Positions 49,106-61,968 of a stretch of 64,000 bases of DNA are shown piece by piece (position 1 is the first letter of the stretch; each line of letters opens with the position of its first letter). The translations under genes were made by a program, and so were the position numbers. The DNA is taken from the NCBI GenBank assembly GCA_951406725.2, contig OX597833.1, positions 19,840,001 to 19,904,000 of the forward strand, in the 5' to 3' direction. The notes beneath the pieces were generated by a model, which made no database searches, had not been told where the DNA came from, and worked only from the letters and a program-made list of their open reading frames with translations. The DNA is from Octopus vulgaris (taxonomy: Eukaryota).

Positions 49106-51626
49106 ATATATACATAAACATACATATAAGTCTTTGTATAATAATTATTTCTAATTTCAGATATTTATTATAAAGTTTGAAAGTGAACCAAGAAGGAATG
49201 AAAATGGATCAAGAAGTACTGGTAAACAAAGAATGCAGAAATAGCAAGTCAGAAAATATTGAATATCAGAAACCAGTCCTACAAAGATAAACTATTATTT
49301 ACAGTACATAATAAATTTGAGCAAATTGGATCCATCTGCTATGCACAAAGGGCTCAAACATTTACCCAGACTCCAGAAATTAATAAATAGAACTTACAAT
49401 GAACTAGTCACTAAAAACTTTTCACTCATATTAAGCAACTATAAAACACAAATACACAAAAAAAAATATATATCACTCATATTACCTACTTTTGCCTTTC
49501 CTTTCCATGCTGGCATGGGTTTGATAGGAGCTGGCCAGGCAGGAGCATCCAGCAGTGGACAAATAGGAAAATGAAAACATTCTGCTCATATTGAGCAATC
49601 GTAAAAAAGAAATCGCGAAATGAAAATCTTACTCATTTTAAGCAACAGTATACCTATTTTGTCCACCCTTGTGTATTACATATTGTAAAGTAAAACAAAT
49701 AAACAGAAAATTCACATAGAAACAACCTGTTTTGTTTTGTTTATTAATTATTTAAACATAATTTGTTATAATGAAAGAATTGTTGTACATTTAATGGTGT
49801 AAAAATCGGCAAGTACCACGTGTGACATGCTATGCAGCTGAAGGGTTGAACTGTTTGGTTAGCCTGGTTGCTGGAAGCAATTCTGGCTTCAGAGTAATTG
49901 TGGTACGACCAGATTTCTTTAACAGGTAAGTATTTTTTGCTAATCCCTCCCTTTCCAGAATTGATCATTCATGCAAACCAGTGTTTCTCAACCAAGTTCC
50001 ATATGAGATTGGGGTGGTGTAGTGGTGGTCCATGCTACAAAATAATAAACTGGGCATCCACAAAAGAATTGTAAGGGGCCCTGAGAAAACTTTGCTTTAG
50101 ACGTATGTATTAGTACATATTGCAAAGCTGCTAGGTTTCTTTCTCTAACATTTTACATAGTTCAACCTACACAAATTAATATCATCATCATCGATTAATG
50201 TCTGCCTTCCATGGTTGGATGGGTTGACAGGAGATTGCACTTAACTTTTGTGTCTGTTTTGGCATGGATTTTGCAGCAGAATGGACAGTGCTTTTTATGT
50301 GGTAAAAGCACAGGAAAAGCCAGTTTTGGCATGGTTTTTACAGCTGCATGCCTTTCTAAATGCCAACGACTTTACAGTGTGGACTGGATGCTTTTTATGT
50401 GGCACCAACACTAGCAGAGTCACTAAATAATTTGCAAAGCAAAGATGTTTTAAGAGGAGAGGAGGTGATCTTGTGTCAGATGATGAAAGGTTAGTTTGAC
50501 AGAAACAGGTGTCTTGTAGAGGAGGTGCATGGTTACCCAGCCAGAAAGAGAAAGTGATCAAGAATGAGGACAGAAACAGGTGTGCTGTTGTACCTGGTTA
50601 TCCAGCCTGAGGGAAGAGAGATGATAGCAAAGTGCTGGGGCATACTCAAGGAACAGGAATCAAAATGTAAACGGGATGGTAAAGGAAGAGAGAGGTAGAT
50701 GGCGGCAGGTGTCAGGGCATACCCTCAAGGAACAGAGGTCATAATATAAGTGGCAGGGTATTGCCAAAGAAGTATAAGGCCAAGAGTAATGCAGTGACTG
50801 GTAGAAACTTGAGTATATAGAGGGTGAGGGACTACGAGATAGCAATGAAACAATGGGCAGTGCCGTGAGGACAGAATTGGAGAGTGAGAGATAAGCACAG
50901 TGCAGGAAAAGAAATGTGAGGAAGAGATATAGTTTAGTTTGTTAGTGAAGGGATTTTGAAAAAAGTTTCTATAAAACTATTTTTTAAACATCAAATGGCT
51001 AGAAGAGTGCAACAGAATAAAATAGCAATCAAATATATAGATTGGCCTGCTCGCGTAGCCAGCGGGGTGGCATCATTTGAAGGCTAAAACAATGCGAAGT
51101 GCATTGTGGCCAGCGAGGTGTAGCAACATCTGATAGCCTGGTCACTCACGGTGATATAGATAGATAGATACATAGATAGATACACAAACCAAACCCAAAA
51201 TGCCATGCACTAAATCTGGCACCAAAATATGTGAAATTCCATAACACACACACATACATAACCATGTGTACATATGTGCAAATATGAACAATTGAGTGCA
51301 CATGGTTGTGTGTGTGTGTGTGCACATATGTGTGGATGTGCATATATGTGTGTATATTTTTATAAATTTGAATTAATGCAATGGAAATATATAATTGGGA
51401 GTGGTGTATGTTGTGTGTGTGTGTGTGTGTGTATGTATAAAAAAAGGTTAAACAAAAGTACTCAAACACTAGAAATAAAACTTAGATAAAAAAGAAAATG
51501 GTTGAGAGCTCTAAACAATATTATAAGAGCGTATGAGATTTATTAATTTCTCTGGTTTTATTCATTGAGGAAAGTGGAAAATATTTACTACTTGAAATAT
51601 ACTTGGACAAAATTTTATTTTTTTAC

Positions 51627-51725
51627 CAAATGACGGAATCTTTAACATCACACATTCCGTAAAAATTTGGCATGTTGGATGAAATAAGACCACAGGCCGT
51701 TTTACGTAGCCTTCATTCATTCTAT
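51627..51725 (-). CDS. Candidate 99-nt phase 1->1 exon of the LRR gene: (D)RMNEGYVKRPVVLFHPTCQIFTECVMLKIPSF
   Basis: Open frame with G|gtaaaa donor; weak acceptor (gccgcag) supplied by antisense CR1; phase-compatible with the 54044 and 21390 junctions. Confidence 0.3.
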
Positions 51726-52330
51726 CTGCGGCTTTATATAGATATGGTAAGACCTCACCTGGAATTTGCATCACCGGTCTGGAACCCCTATCTTGCCCAG
51801 GACATCAATTGTGTGGAAGCTGTTCAGTGACGTGCAACCAAAAGAATACCCTCCATCAGGCATTTGCCATATCCTGAACGCCTTACTTCCCTGGGCATGG
51901 ACACATTGAAACTCCAACGTCTGGCAGCTGACTTGGCAGACACCCATAAAATTATCAACCATCGCACAAACAATAACTCTGAGCACCTCTTCAAAATCCA
52001 CCCATCTAACACCCGTGGACATATTTACAAAGTAAGAAAACAGCACAGCTCCCATGACTTCAGGAAACATTTTTTCACGCTGAGAGTTGCTGAAGCGTGG
52101 AACAAACTGCCGGCATCGGTTGTTAGTTGTCGGAGCACTGCATCCTTCAAAACTTCCATGTTTCCTGAGATTCGCCAACACTACACTTGATTTTCTCCCT
52201 CCATACACACACAAGCATGTTCACTTTCCAGACATTTCTACATTACTGCATGTACTTTATATGCACTTTCTGACAAGTTGTGGTGCACCTGAGCACTGTA
52301 TACAATAATTTCATTATTATTTTATTATTT
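51722..52330 (+). mobile_element. 5'-truncated CR1-group LINE (RT C-terminus, 3'UTR, (ATT)n tail)
   Basis: YLRLY.MVRPHLEFASPVWNPY..VQ*RATKRIP..YPERL..TRGH..FFTLRVAEAWNKLP. Confidence 0.92.
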
Positions 52331-52589
52331 TAAGGCTAAACAATAAATTTGTAAATGTTCAATACAAGGGAGACAATTGCTATTTTAATAAATTTTGAGA
52401 ACATCTCTTTGGAAAAAATTGATATCAACAAGTTGAGGCCAGTCTCTTTGCGACACTGTCAATGATACAAAGAGTTAATCATCTAAAGGAAACATCTGAA
52501 AGAATGTTTCCTATTAAGCTGTGTAAATCACAAGCATTCATTAAAATTATTTAAGAAAGATTAATAAACTAAAAGCTTTGTACATGTAA

Positions 52590-52916
52590 AATATTTACAA
52601 AGTCAGAAAACAGCACAGCTCCCATGATATTCGGAAACATTTTTCCACGCTAAGAGTTACTGAAGAATGGAACAAGCTGCCGACATCAGTTGTTATTTGT
52701 CGGAGCACTGCATCCTTCAAAACTTCCATGCTTCCTGAGATTCGCCAACACTACAACTGATTTTTTCCCCTCCATACACACGCAAGCATGTCTCTGACTC
52801 ATACACTGTTCACTTCCCAGACATTTGTACATTACTGCATATGCTTTATACGCACTTTTGACAAGTTGTGGTGCACCTGAGCACTGTATACAATAATTTC
52901 ATTATTGTTATTATTT
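52590..52916 (+). mobile_element. CR1 3' fragment
   Basis: Near-identical to 52020-52330. Confidence 0.88.
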
Positions 52917-53362
52917 TAAATGATTTCTTGTATTATAGGCACAAGACCACACATCTACAAAATAGTTTGCTTGAAATTATCTCGGTATATTACTGGTACT
53001 TATTTTATTTATACCCTCAAAAAGAGATTTTAAGCTCAGATCATAAAGTAACTGAATATCAGTGGGTATGAAAGCTGTATTGCAACCAGTTCTATCTTCT
53101 GCTGCCCTAATATAATACAAATAATGATTCCAAACACAAACACAACTTTTAGGGAGGGAAATAATAAAAAGATTGACATCGACCAATCTCTTTAGCCCAC
53201 TGTGCTTGATTGGCCCTTAATTTTTGACATTGCAATGAGAAAAAGCAAGAACTGAATTGGTTCAGCAAGATTTGAACTCAGAAGACAAAATAAATATAAC
53301 CAAGTACTGGAAAGTATTTTGATTTGATATGCCATTCTACCACTTGTTATTTCTTTATTAGT

Positions 53363-53745
53363 GGAGGCGCAATGGCCCAGTGGTTAGGGCAGCGGACTCA
53401 CGGTCGTAGGATCGCGGTTTCGATTCCCAGACCGGGCGTTGTGAGTGTTTATTGAGCGAAAACACCTAAAGCTCCACAAGGCTCCCGGCAGGGATGGTGG
53501 TGATCCCTGCTGTACTCTTTCACCACAACTTTCTCTCACTCTTTCTTCCTGTTTCTGTTGTACCTGTATTTCAAAGGGCCGGCCTTGTCACTCTCTGTAT
53601 CACGCTGAATATCCCCGAGTACTACGTTAAGGGTACACGTGTCTGTGGAGTGCTCAGCCACTTACACGTTAATTTCACGAGCAGGCTGTTCCATTGGTCG
53701 GATCAACCGGAACCCTCATCGTTGTAACCGACGGAGTGCTTCCAT
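53363..53745 (+). mobile_element. tRNA-derived SINE, followed by a minus-strand SINE B (~53745-53965)
   Basis: Head GGAGGCGCAATGGCCCAGTGGTTAGGGCAGCGGACTC..GGTTTCGATTCC with A and B boxes. Confidence 0.85.
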
Positions 53746-54043
53746 TTCTTTATTGCCCACAAGGGGCTAAACACAGAGGGGACAAACAAACGGATTAAGT
53801 CGATTACATCGACCCCAGCGCATAACTGGTACTTAATTTATCGACCCCAAAAGGATGAAAGGCAAAGTGGACCTCGGCGGAATTTGAACTCAGAACGTAA
53901 CGGCAGACAAAATGGGGCTACGCATTTTGCCCGGCGTACTAACGTTTCTGCCAGCTCGCCGCCTTAATACCATTCTACCACTTGTGTTACTCTTATCACC
54001 CTGAATGGTGCAAATCATAAATAATTGTACTTAAATATCTTAC

Positions 54044-54434
54044 CTTGCTTCTCCAAGACGTGTTCAGGACCCTCCTTGAATTTTACTTTTGACATTCTGT
54101 ATGCTAAATTGATGGGTTCTTCTGAATTTTCAATTATAAAAAATTCTGGTTGACTATAATTTTGTTGTAAGCTTATCATTGATTGTTCATTTTTAAAATT
54201 TTCTATCATTACATCATCTGGTTCAGATACACTGCTTGTTGCATCATCCTCAGTACTAGCTAATTGCGTGATTGCATCTGTTAGTTGCATATTTGTTTGT
54301 TTTCTTTGAATGTCAGCTTCAGATTTGCTTGAATACCGATTTAATGACTTTAAAGTGGATTGATGGGTAATAATTCCAAATCCTCTATTTTTTGAGGATT
54401 TTTTCTTTTGCATTATTTTATTTTTCTGCTCCAT
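54044..54434 (-). CDS. Probable N-terminal coding exon of the LRR gene (exon 54044-54439): MEQKNKIMQKKK...PEHVLEKQ
   Basis: ttttcacag acceptor at 54440, G|gtaag phase-1 donor, 130 open codons of non-repetitive polar protein; phase-compatible with the 21390 acceptor, but linkage across ~32.6 kb is inferred. Confidence 0.65.
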
Positions 54435-54489
54435 TTTATCTGTGAAAACAAAATAAAAAATACGTACAACTTGCTTGTTAGCAGGAGAT

Positions 54490-54882
54490 TACTCTCTTTT
54501 ACTTGTTTCAGTCATTTGACTGTGGCCATGCTGGAGCACCGCCTTTAGTCGAGCAAATCGACCCCGGGACTTATTCTTTGTAAGCCCAGTACTTATTCTA
54601 TCGGTCTCTTTTGCTGAACCACTAAGTGACAGGGACGTAAACACACCAGCATTTGTTGTCAAGCAATGCTAGGGAGACAAACACAGACACACAAACACAT
54701 ACACACACATACATATATACGACAGGCTTCTTTCAGTTTCCGTCTACCAAATCCACTCACAAGGCATTGGTCGGCCTGGGGCTATAGCAGAAGACACTTG
54801 CTCAAGGTGCCACGCAGTGGGACTGAACCCGGAACCATGTGGTTGGTTAGCAAGCTACTTACCACACAGCCACTCCTGCGCC
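54490..54882 (-). mobile_element. SINE family A
   Basis: Family match. Confidence 0.9.
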
Positions 54883-55207
54883 TATTGTTTCTCTTTTGAA
54901 AATATCTCTCCAGGCATTTGAAACATTAAATATTGGGTTCAAATTTTGGTAGAAGGCCAACAATCACAGGGTAGGAATAAGTTAGTTACATCAACCCCTG
55001 TGCTCAACTGATACTTATTTTATCGACACCAAAAGGACGAAAGGCGGAGCTGACCACAACAGAGTTTCAACTCAGAACATAAAGACTGACAGAATTGCAC
55101 TAGGTACTTTGCCCAGCATGTTAATGATTCTGCCAGCTCACCACCTTTGAAACAACAAATATTAATTTTAGTTGGAATGACTTAGTAAAACCAATAAGTT
55201 ACAGACT

Positions 55208-55645
55208 TATGGACACATTGAAACTCCGACGTCTGGCAGCTGACTTGGCAGACACCCATAAAATTATCAACCATCGTACAAACAATAACTCTGAGCACCT
55301 TTTCAAACTCCACCCATCTAACACCCGTGGACATATTTACAAAGTAAGAAAACAGCACAGCTCCCATGACTTCAGGAAATATTTTTTTCACGCTGAGAGT
55401 TGCTGAAGCATGGAACAAACTGCCGGCATCAGTTGTTAGTTGTCGGAGCACTGCATCCTTCAAAACTTCCATGCTTTCTGAGATTCGCCAACACTACACC
55501 TGATTTTCTCCCCTCCATATACACACAAGCATGTATCTAACTCATGCATTGTTCGCTTTCCAGACATTTGTACATTACTGCATATACTCTGACAAGTTGT
55601 GGTGTACCTGAGCACTGTATACAATAATTTCATTATTATTATTAT
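55208..55645 (+). mobile_element. CR1 3' fragment
   Basis: Near-identical to 51897-52330; (ATT)n tail. Confidence 0.9.
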
Positions 55646-56113
55646 AGATATACTTTATCCAGGAATCTGAGAGGATTATAACTCAGTACAATACAGTCAT
55701 TAATTTTATAATACTGCTCCTTCTTACAGTGGTAAATTGCACAGTACCATAATTTCAGCTAAGGTTGATACAGTAAAATGCCAAAGATGGGATTTAAATT
55801 GTAATCCAATACACTGTTTAGTAGACCAACTGTAGATCCTTAGTCTAAGTCAATCAAAACTTAATATGAATAGCAAGTAGTTTGGTGATTCACAATTCAG
55901 AGTTCAACCTTTATTTTAGTTCACTTAGCTCTTGTGCTTGCTTTTATTCTTGTGTATGTATAATGTATGTGTGTATATATATATATATATAAATTAGAGA
56001 AAAACCACTATTATGCAATTCAAACAATGATAGACATAAATAAAAAAATAAAATATATTTTTTAAAAACATATAACTAGATCACAAAAAGTACAAAAATG
56101 AATAATCAATGTA

Positions 56114-56496
56114 TCTTTATATATAAAAGAGAGGTTGTGTGCTGTCTGTCTCCTACGATTTTGATTCCTAACTACTCCCATATTTTGCGGTGCAGTTTAA
56201 CCAAAACCGGGTATCTTATAGTCGTGATTCATATCGAGCCCTTCTGGGTATTAGCACGCATCTATGATGAGTCTACGATTTAAAAAAAAATTTACCATCA
56301 ATTTTTCCCATTTTTGGCATATATAAGGGAAGTAACTCTAAAAATTTATTATTAAATCTCAGAACGTAAAAAACTACAGTAACACCCCCCCTTTGTGGTT
56401 AGCCATATTGAGATGGCTATTATACTTTACATCTCTAAAAATGCTTATATAGTTATTTCCCTTACAAACCCGAGCAACGCCGGGCGATACTGCTAG
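56114..56496 (+). mobile_element. Non-autonomous Helitron
   Basis: A|TCTTTATATATAAAA ... CCCGAGCAACGCCGGGCGATACTGCTAG|T. Confidence 0.88.
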
Positions 56497-56989
56497 TAAT
56501 AAGTAAAAAAAAAACTATGCAGGCCAATCTATATATATTCCGCTGAGATCAACTTTGCCTTTCATCCTTTCGGTGTCGATAAATTAAGTACCAGTTACGC
56601 ACTGGGGTCGATGTAAGTAGCATATTAGGAGGTTAGGGTACCTGATTTCAAGCAAAATAAAAAATCTGATTTTTATTTTTTACCTTAGTGAACATCGTAT
56701 GGGTGAAAAGTTATAAATGATTGCTTTTTGTAAATATCTATCCATGCCTTAACATACAAATGAATGGACTTTTGTATAACCCCTTATTTAGTTTATTGTC
56801 TATAAGTTAATTTAAGATATACATTGTTATTACGATAAACTAATATGATTTATTTAACTAATAATCTGACCTCTTATTGTTTACAACAGATCAAGCGGAT
56901 AAGTTCAAATGAATTAACCAATTAGAAATAGCTTTTGATCTAAAATAACTGCTCCCTAACCCCCAATAATTTTGAAAATCTTTAATATA

Positions 56990-57380
56990 GGCGCAGGAGT
57001 GGCTGTGTGATAAGTAGCTTGTTTACTAACCACATGGTTCCGGATTCAGTCCCACTGCATGGCACCTTGGGCAAGTGTCTTCTACTATAGCCTCGGGCCG
57101 ACCAAAGCCTTGTGAGTGGATTTGGTAGACGGAAACTGAAAGAAGCCTGTCGTATATATGTATGTGTGTGTATGTGTTTGTGTGTCTGTGTTTGTCACCC
57201 TAGCATTGCTTGACAACCAATGCTGGTGTGTTTATGTCCCCGTCACTTAGCGGTTCGGCAAAAGAGACCGATAGAATAAGTACTGGGCTTACAAAGAATA
57301 AGTCCCGGGATCGAGTTGCTCGATTAAAGGCGGTGCTCCAGCATGGCCGCAGTCAAATGACTGAAACAAGTAAAAGAGTA
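56990..57380 (+). mobile_element. SINE family A
   Basis: Full-length family match. Confidence 0.9.
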
Positions 57381-57562
57381 TACATATAACATAAGCATAA
57401 ATATTGTGGATGAAATTCAGCTTTCACAAAAAGTTAGGAATTTCTCTTTTGGATTTTACAATTGAATTTGTTTGCTTTACGTGGATGTATAAAATGATAA
57501 TTATATTCTGATTGTCAGGTCTATATGCTTATACACATGTATTTTTGTATGCATATATATAT

Positions 57563-57962
57563 CTTTACTCTCTTTTACTCTTTTACTTGTTTCAGTCATT
57601 TGACTGCGGCCATGCTGGAGCACCGCCTTTAGTTGGGCAAATCGACCCTGAGACTTATTCTTTGTAAGCCCAGTACTTATTCTATCGGTCTCTTTTGCCG
57701 AACCGCTAAGTGACGGGGACGTAAACACACCAGCATTTGTTGTCAAGCAATGCTAGGGAGACAAACACAGACACACAAACACATACACACACATACATAT
57801 ATACGACAGGCTTCTTTCAGTTTCCATCTACCAAATCCACTCACAAGGCATTGGTCGGCCCGGGGCTATAGTAGAAGACACTTGCCCAAGATGCCACGCA
57901 GTGGGACTGAACCCGGAACCATGTGGTTGGTTAGCAAGCTACTTTCCACACAGCCACTCCTG
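57563..57962 (-). mobile_element. SINE family A, inverted relative to 56990-57380
   Basis: Full-length family match. Confidence 0.9.
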
Positions 57963-58445
57963 TATAAATATATATATATATATTGAATCTTGTATCGTGA
58001 ATTTTCGATATGTTAGAAGACATTATTATAGTATGTAAGATCTGTTGAAGATTACTGTTAATACAATAATATTGTTGTTACTGATAAGCATAGGCACGTT
58101 TATATGTTCTAATGTATATATAACGTATATGACGTATGGTATATCCTCTCTCTCTCTTTCGGAGAGGCACTGAGCAGCTATACGCACACATACACACACG
58201 GCAGTAACTTCCACCTAGCGAATTCAATCACAAAGCTCCGGTCGGCTCGGGGCAATAGTGGAAGACACCTACCCAAAGTGCCATGCACAGGGACTGAACC
58301 CGAAACCATGTAGCTAGGAAGCAAGCTCCCTAACCACACAGCCATGTCCGGAATATATTGTTTAATTGTGTTCATTAATGTATTTTGTGCATGTGAATAG
58401 TATATACGCTTTGCTTATGTATGTATATGTGTATATATATGTATT

Positions 58446-58506
<61 letters not shown>

Positions 58507-58823
58507 AATATTAGGGAATAAATCCAAACTTACAGGGAAAAATCAGATTTAGGATTGAATCCAATTTTATAGTAAAATATTATATTATATTAAATTAGAG
58601 ACAAAACCACTATTAGGCAAATCAAACAATGAAAGACTTAAGCCAATACATATGATTAATTTATATTATTTAAATATGTAACAAAATTATTAAAAAATAT
58701 AATTAATATATATATATGTGTGTGTATGTATATTTGGATATTTGTTTATTGTTTATTTTTTATATATTAAGTAATACGTGTATCATGTTCAGTATATTAA
58801 TATTAATATTTTTAAAATTCATA

Positions 58824-58968
58824 ATAACCTCTGATGAGGCCTATGGTTTTTTAATATATATAAGTATAATATTTTTTGAATGCCTACAACCTTAGTATGT
58901 TGACATCTATATGCGATGAAAATTAAATTTACTTTTGACCATAGGCTGAAACAGCTGTAAGAAGTAAT
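58824..58968 (+). ncRNA. Type I hammerhead ribozyme-like motif with long stem II loop, in an AT-rich Penelope-type relic (~58500-59320)
   Basis: CTGATGA (58831); stem II GGCCTATGGT / ACCATAGGCT; GAAA; palindromic CAGCTG; TA cleavage site (after 58959); stem I imperfect. Confidence 0.6.
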
Positions 58969-59317
58969 TTTTAGGATTTCATTAATTTATACTATGACTT
59001 TTAAAATCTATATTTGTATTATGATCTTATCTATTGATTTATATATTTTTGTATGCTTTTGATGTTCTCATTTGTAAAATGAATAAATAATCCAACATTA
59101 TATTATCTGTAAGTTGATGAACAAACTAAATTTGTTTCTCCATTTTCTTATTTATATTATAAATTTATGGTAAAAATATTTCTTTACCTTCACCTGTTTA
59201 ATACAATAAATGACTAAATTGTATTGCAATTAAAACCATTTATGTATTAAAAATTTACCAACAGTATATTGGATGATATCCCATAGTGGGTTACACCCAT
59301 AACCCCTATCTTACTTT

Positions 59318-59371
<54 letters not shown>

Positions 59372-59439
59372 TACATACATACATATATATAGATATACAT
59401 ATATATATACATTCAATATGTGACCGTGTGTGTATCGTT

Positions 59440-59630
59440 GGCAATTTTTTTCCTCCAACTTCCCTTCATTGGACCTTTCCTTTTTTTATGTTTCTGCCGA
59501 AGAGCTCCGCTCGAAACGTTAAATCCTCCTTCTTTCTTTCCTTTCCTGAGTGTCCAATAACACTATACTTGCTCCACGTCCTCGCGTTGTATTTTCTCTT
59601 TGTGTTTTCATGTTTGGATTAACTTTAACT
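59440..59630 (+). mobile_element. Penelope-type relic with minimal hammerhead motif (59490-59524)
   Basis: GTTT-CTGCCGA-A-GAGC TCC GCTC-GAAA-CG-TT-AAAT; same family as 26325-26620. Confidence 0.6.
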
Positions 59631-59802
59631 ATATATATATATATACAAATATATATATATACATATATACATACATACATATATATATATATACACACAT
59701 ACACACAAATATATATATACACCCACACACACATATATATATATATATACATATATATACATGTATATTTACATATATACATACACATATATGTACATAA
59801 AT

Positions 59803-59872
<70 letters not shown>

Positions 59873-60012
59873 ATATATATATATATAAATGGCGGTGCCC
59901 CAGCATGGCCACAGCTCATAAGCTGAAACTAGAATCAATCAATCAATCATATATATATATACATACATACATACATATATATACATACATACATATATAT
60001 ATATATACATAC

Positions 60013-60081
<69 letters not shown>

Positions 60082-60278
60082 AATGCATATACATATATAT
60101 ATATACATACATATTTACATATATTTATATTCAAACAAATACATACATTACATACATATATATATATATAAATATGTATATATATAAATATGTATGCATA
60201 TATATATATATGTATATGTACTTGTATATGTATATATATGTGCGTGTATATATATATATGTTTATATATATATGTCTA

Positions 60279-60341
<63 letters not shown>

Positions 60342-60473
60342 ATATTGGTAGGGCTTACTGCTAGGGTATATACACATATATTAGAATTTTCTCTGATTTC
60401 TCAGATTTTTGTATGCTGGACTACTGGTTTTAAATTGATATTAAAATTAATATTAATTTATCTCCCTCATTAT

Positions 60474-60526
<53 letters not shown>

Positions 60527-60598
60527 CTATGTCTATATATATATATATATTGTGTGTGTGTCTATGTCTATATATATATATATATATGTGTGTGTCTA

Positions 60599-60634
<36 letters not shown>

Positions 60635-60879
60635 GGTTTGGAGATGGTGTACAAGTATTTCATATTAGAAGAAATGAGGTACTCAGAAAGTCGGATGGTT
60701 TTATATTTACAGATATTTATTTGTATATTACATGTTTTTATACATCATATATCATATTTTAGCGCTTTCGTCCATTCTAGTAGAGTTTTCAAATTGAACT
60801 AAGTTCTTGGGGAAAACTTGACTATTTTTATAGTGTTATTGCATGTGTAGTGGTGGGGAGGGATATAAGATAGTACAAC

Positions 60880-61780
60880 AGGGTGATGAATGGGAAGAAA
60901 GTGAGAGAGAGCATGTGTGTGTGTGCGTGTGTGATTTTGTATCTGAAAGAAATGTTAAAGAAAAAGAAGGAAAGGAAGAAAAGGGAGAGAAAGAAGAAAA
61001 TATTGTTTTGTTGGTCTCTTTGTAGCTGGTCAGGATGTTTACTCCAAGGGGGGTAAAATGTCCCTTTTCAAAAAATTGTCTGGATTTCTTTTTTATCATT
61101 GTCTAGTGAGAGTGTGTGTGTGTGTTTGTATCTGAAAGAAATGTTAAAGAAAAAGAAGGAAAGGAAGAAAAGGGGAGAAATTTTGTTGATATCCTTGCAG
61201 TTGGTAGGTTTGTCAAAAATAATTCTTGGATTACAGTGATTGTAAATCCAGCTGTCTTCTCCAAGGGGGCAAAATGTCACTTTTCAATAAATTGTATTTC
61301 CTTTTTATCATTGTCTTGTGAGAGAGTGTGTGTGTTTGTGTTTTTGTATCTGAAAGAAGTGTTAAGGAGGAATGGTCAAGTTGTTAAAAATATCCAGTAA
61401 TTGGCTTTTAGCAATGGTCAAGTCAGCTGGGGATCAAAATGTCACTTTTCAAAAAATTGTCTGGATTTCCTTTTTATCATTGTCATGTGAGAGAGTGTGT
61501 ATGTATGTGCATGGGTGTCTGCATGTCTGAAAGGAGTGTTAAAAAAGTGTTTATATTTTTGCAACTGTAAATGATTTTTGGTTTTTAGAAATTGGCCACT
61601 TCAAAGGGGTGTAAAATGTCACTTCTCAAAAAATTGTCAGGATTTCTTTTTATTATTGTTTTGTGAGTGTGTGTGTGTATGTGTGTGTGTGCATGTGTGT
61701 GTGGGTGCCTGTGAATCTGGAAGGGAAAAAAGAAGAAAAGGAAGAAATAATTGTGTTGATATTTATACCACTATTCAGTT
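60880..61780 (+). repeat. Diverged tandem ~170-215-bp repeats
   Basis: AAAATGTCACTTTTCAAAAAATTGTC..TTTTATCATTGTC..(GT)n recurs at ~61055, 61270, 61436 and 61612. Confidence 0.75.
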
Positions 61781-61872
61781 CTTTCAATCCAATGTTTGAT
61801 TCCTGTGCTTACATGGGATGGAGAATCTGGATTAGAGATTGTTTTTATTTATGTATATGTACATATGTGTAG

Positions 61873-61908
<36 letters not shown>

Positions 61909-61968
61909 AATACAATTTACTTTACAAATTTGCTCCTTCATCTAGTACAACTTATTATAGAAATATTT

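Noticed and set aside
53363-53435. tRNA-like sequence
   Set aside because: Continues into a SINE body and recurs at 760-835; a SINE head, not a tRNA gene
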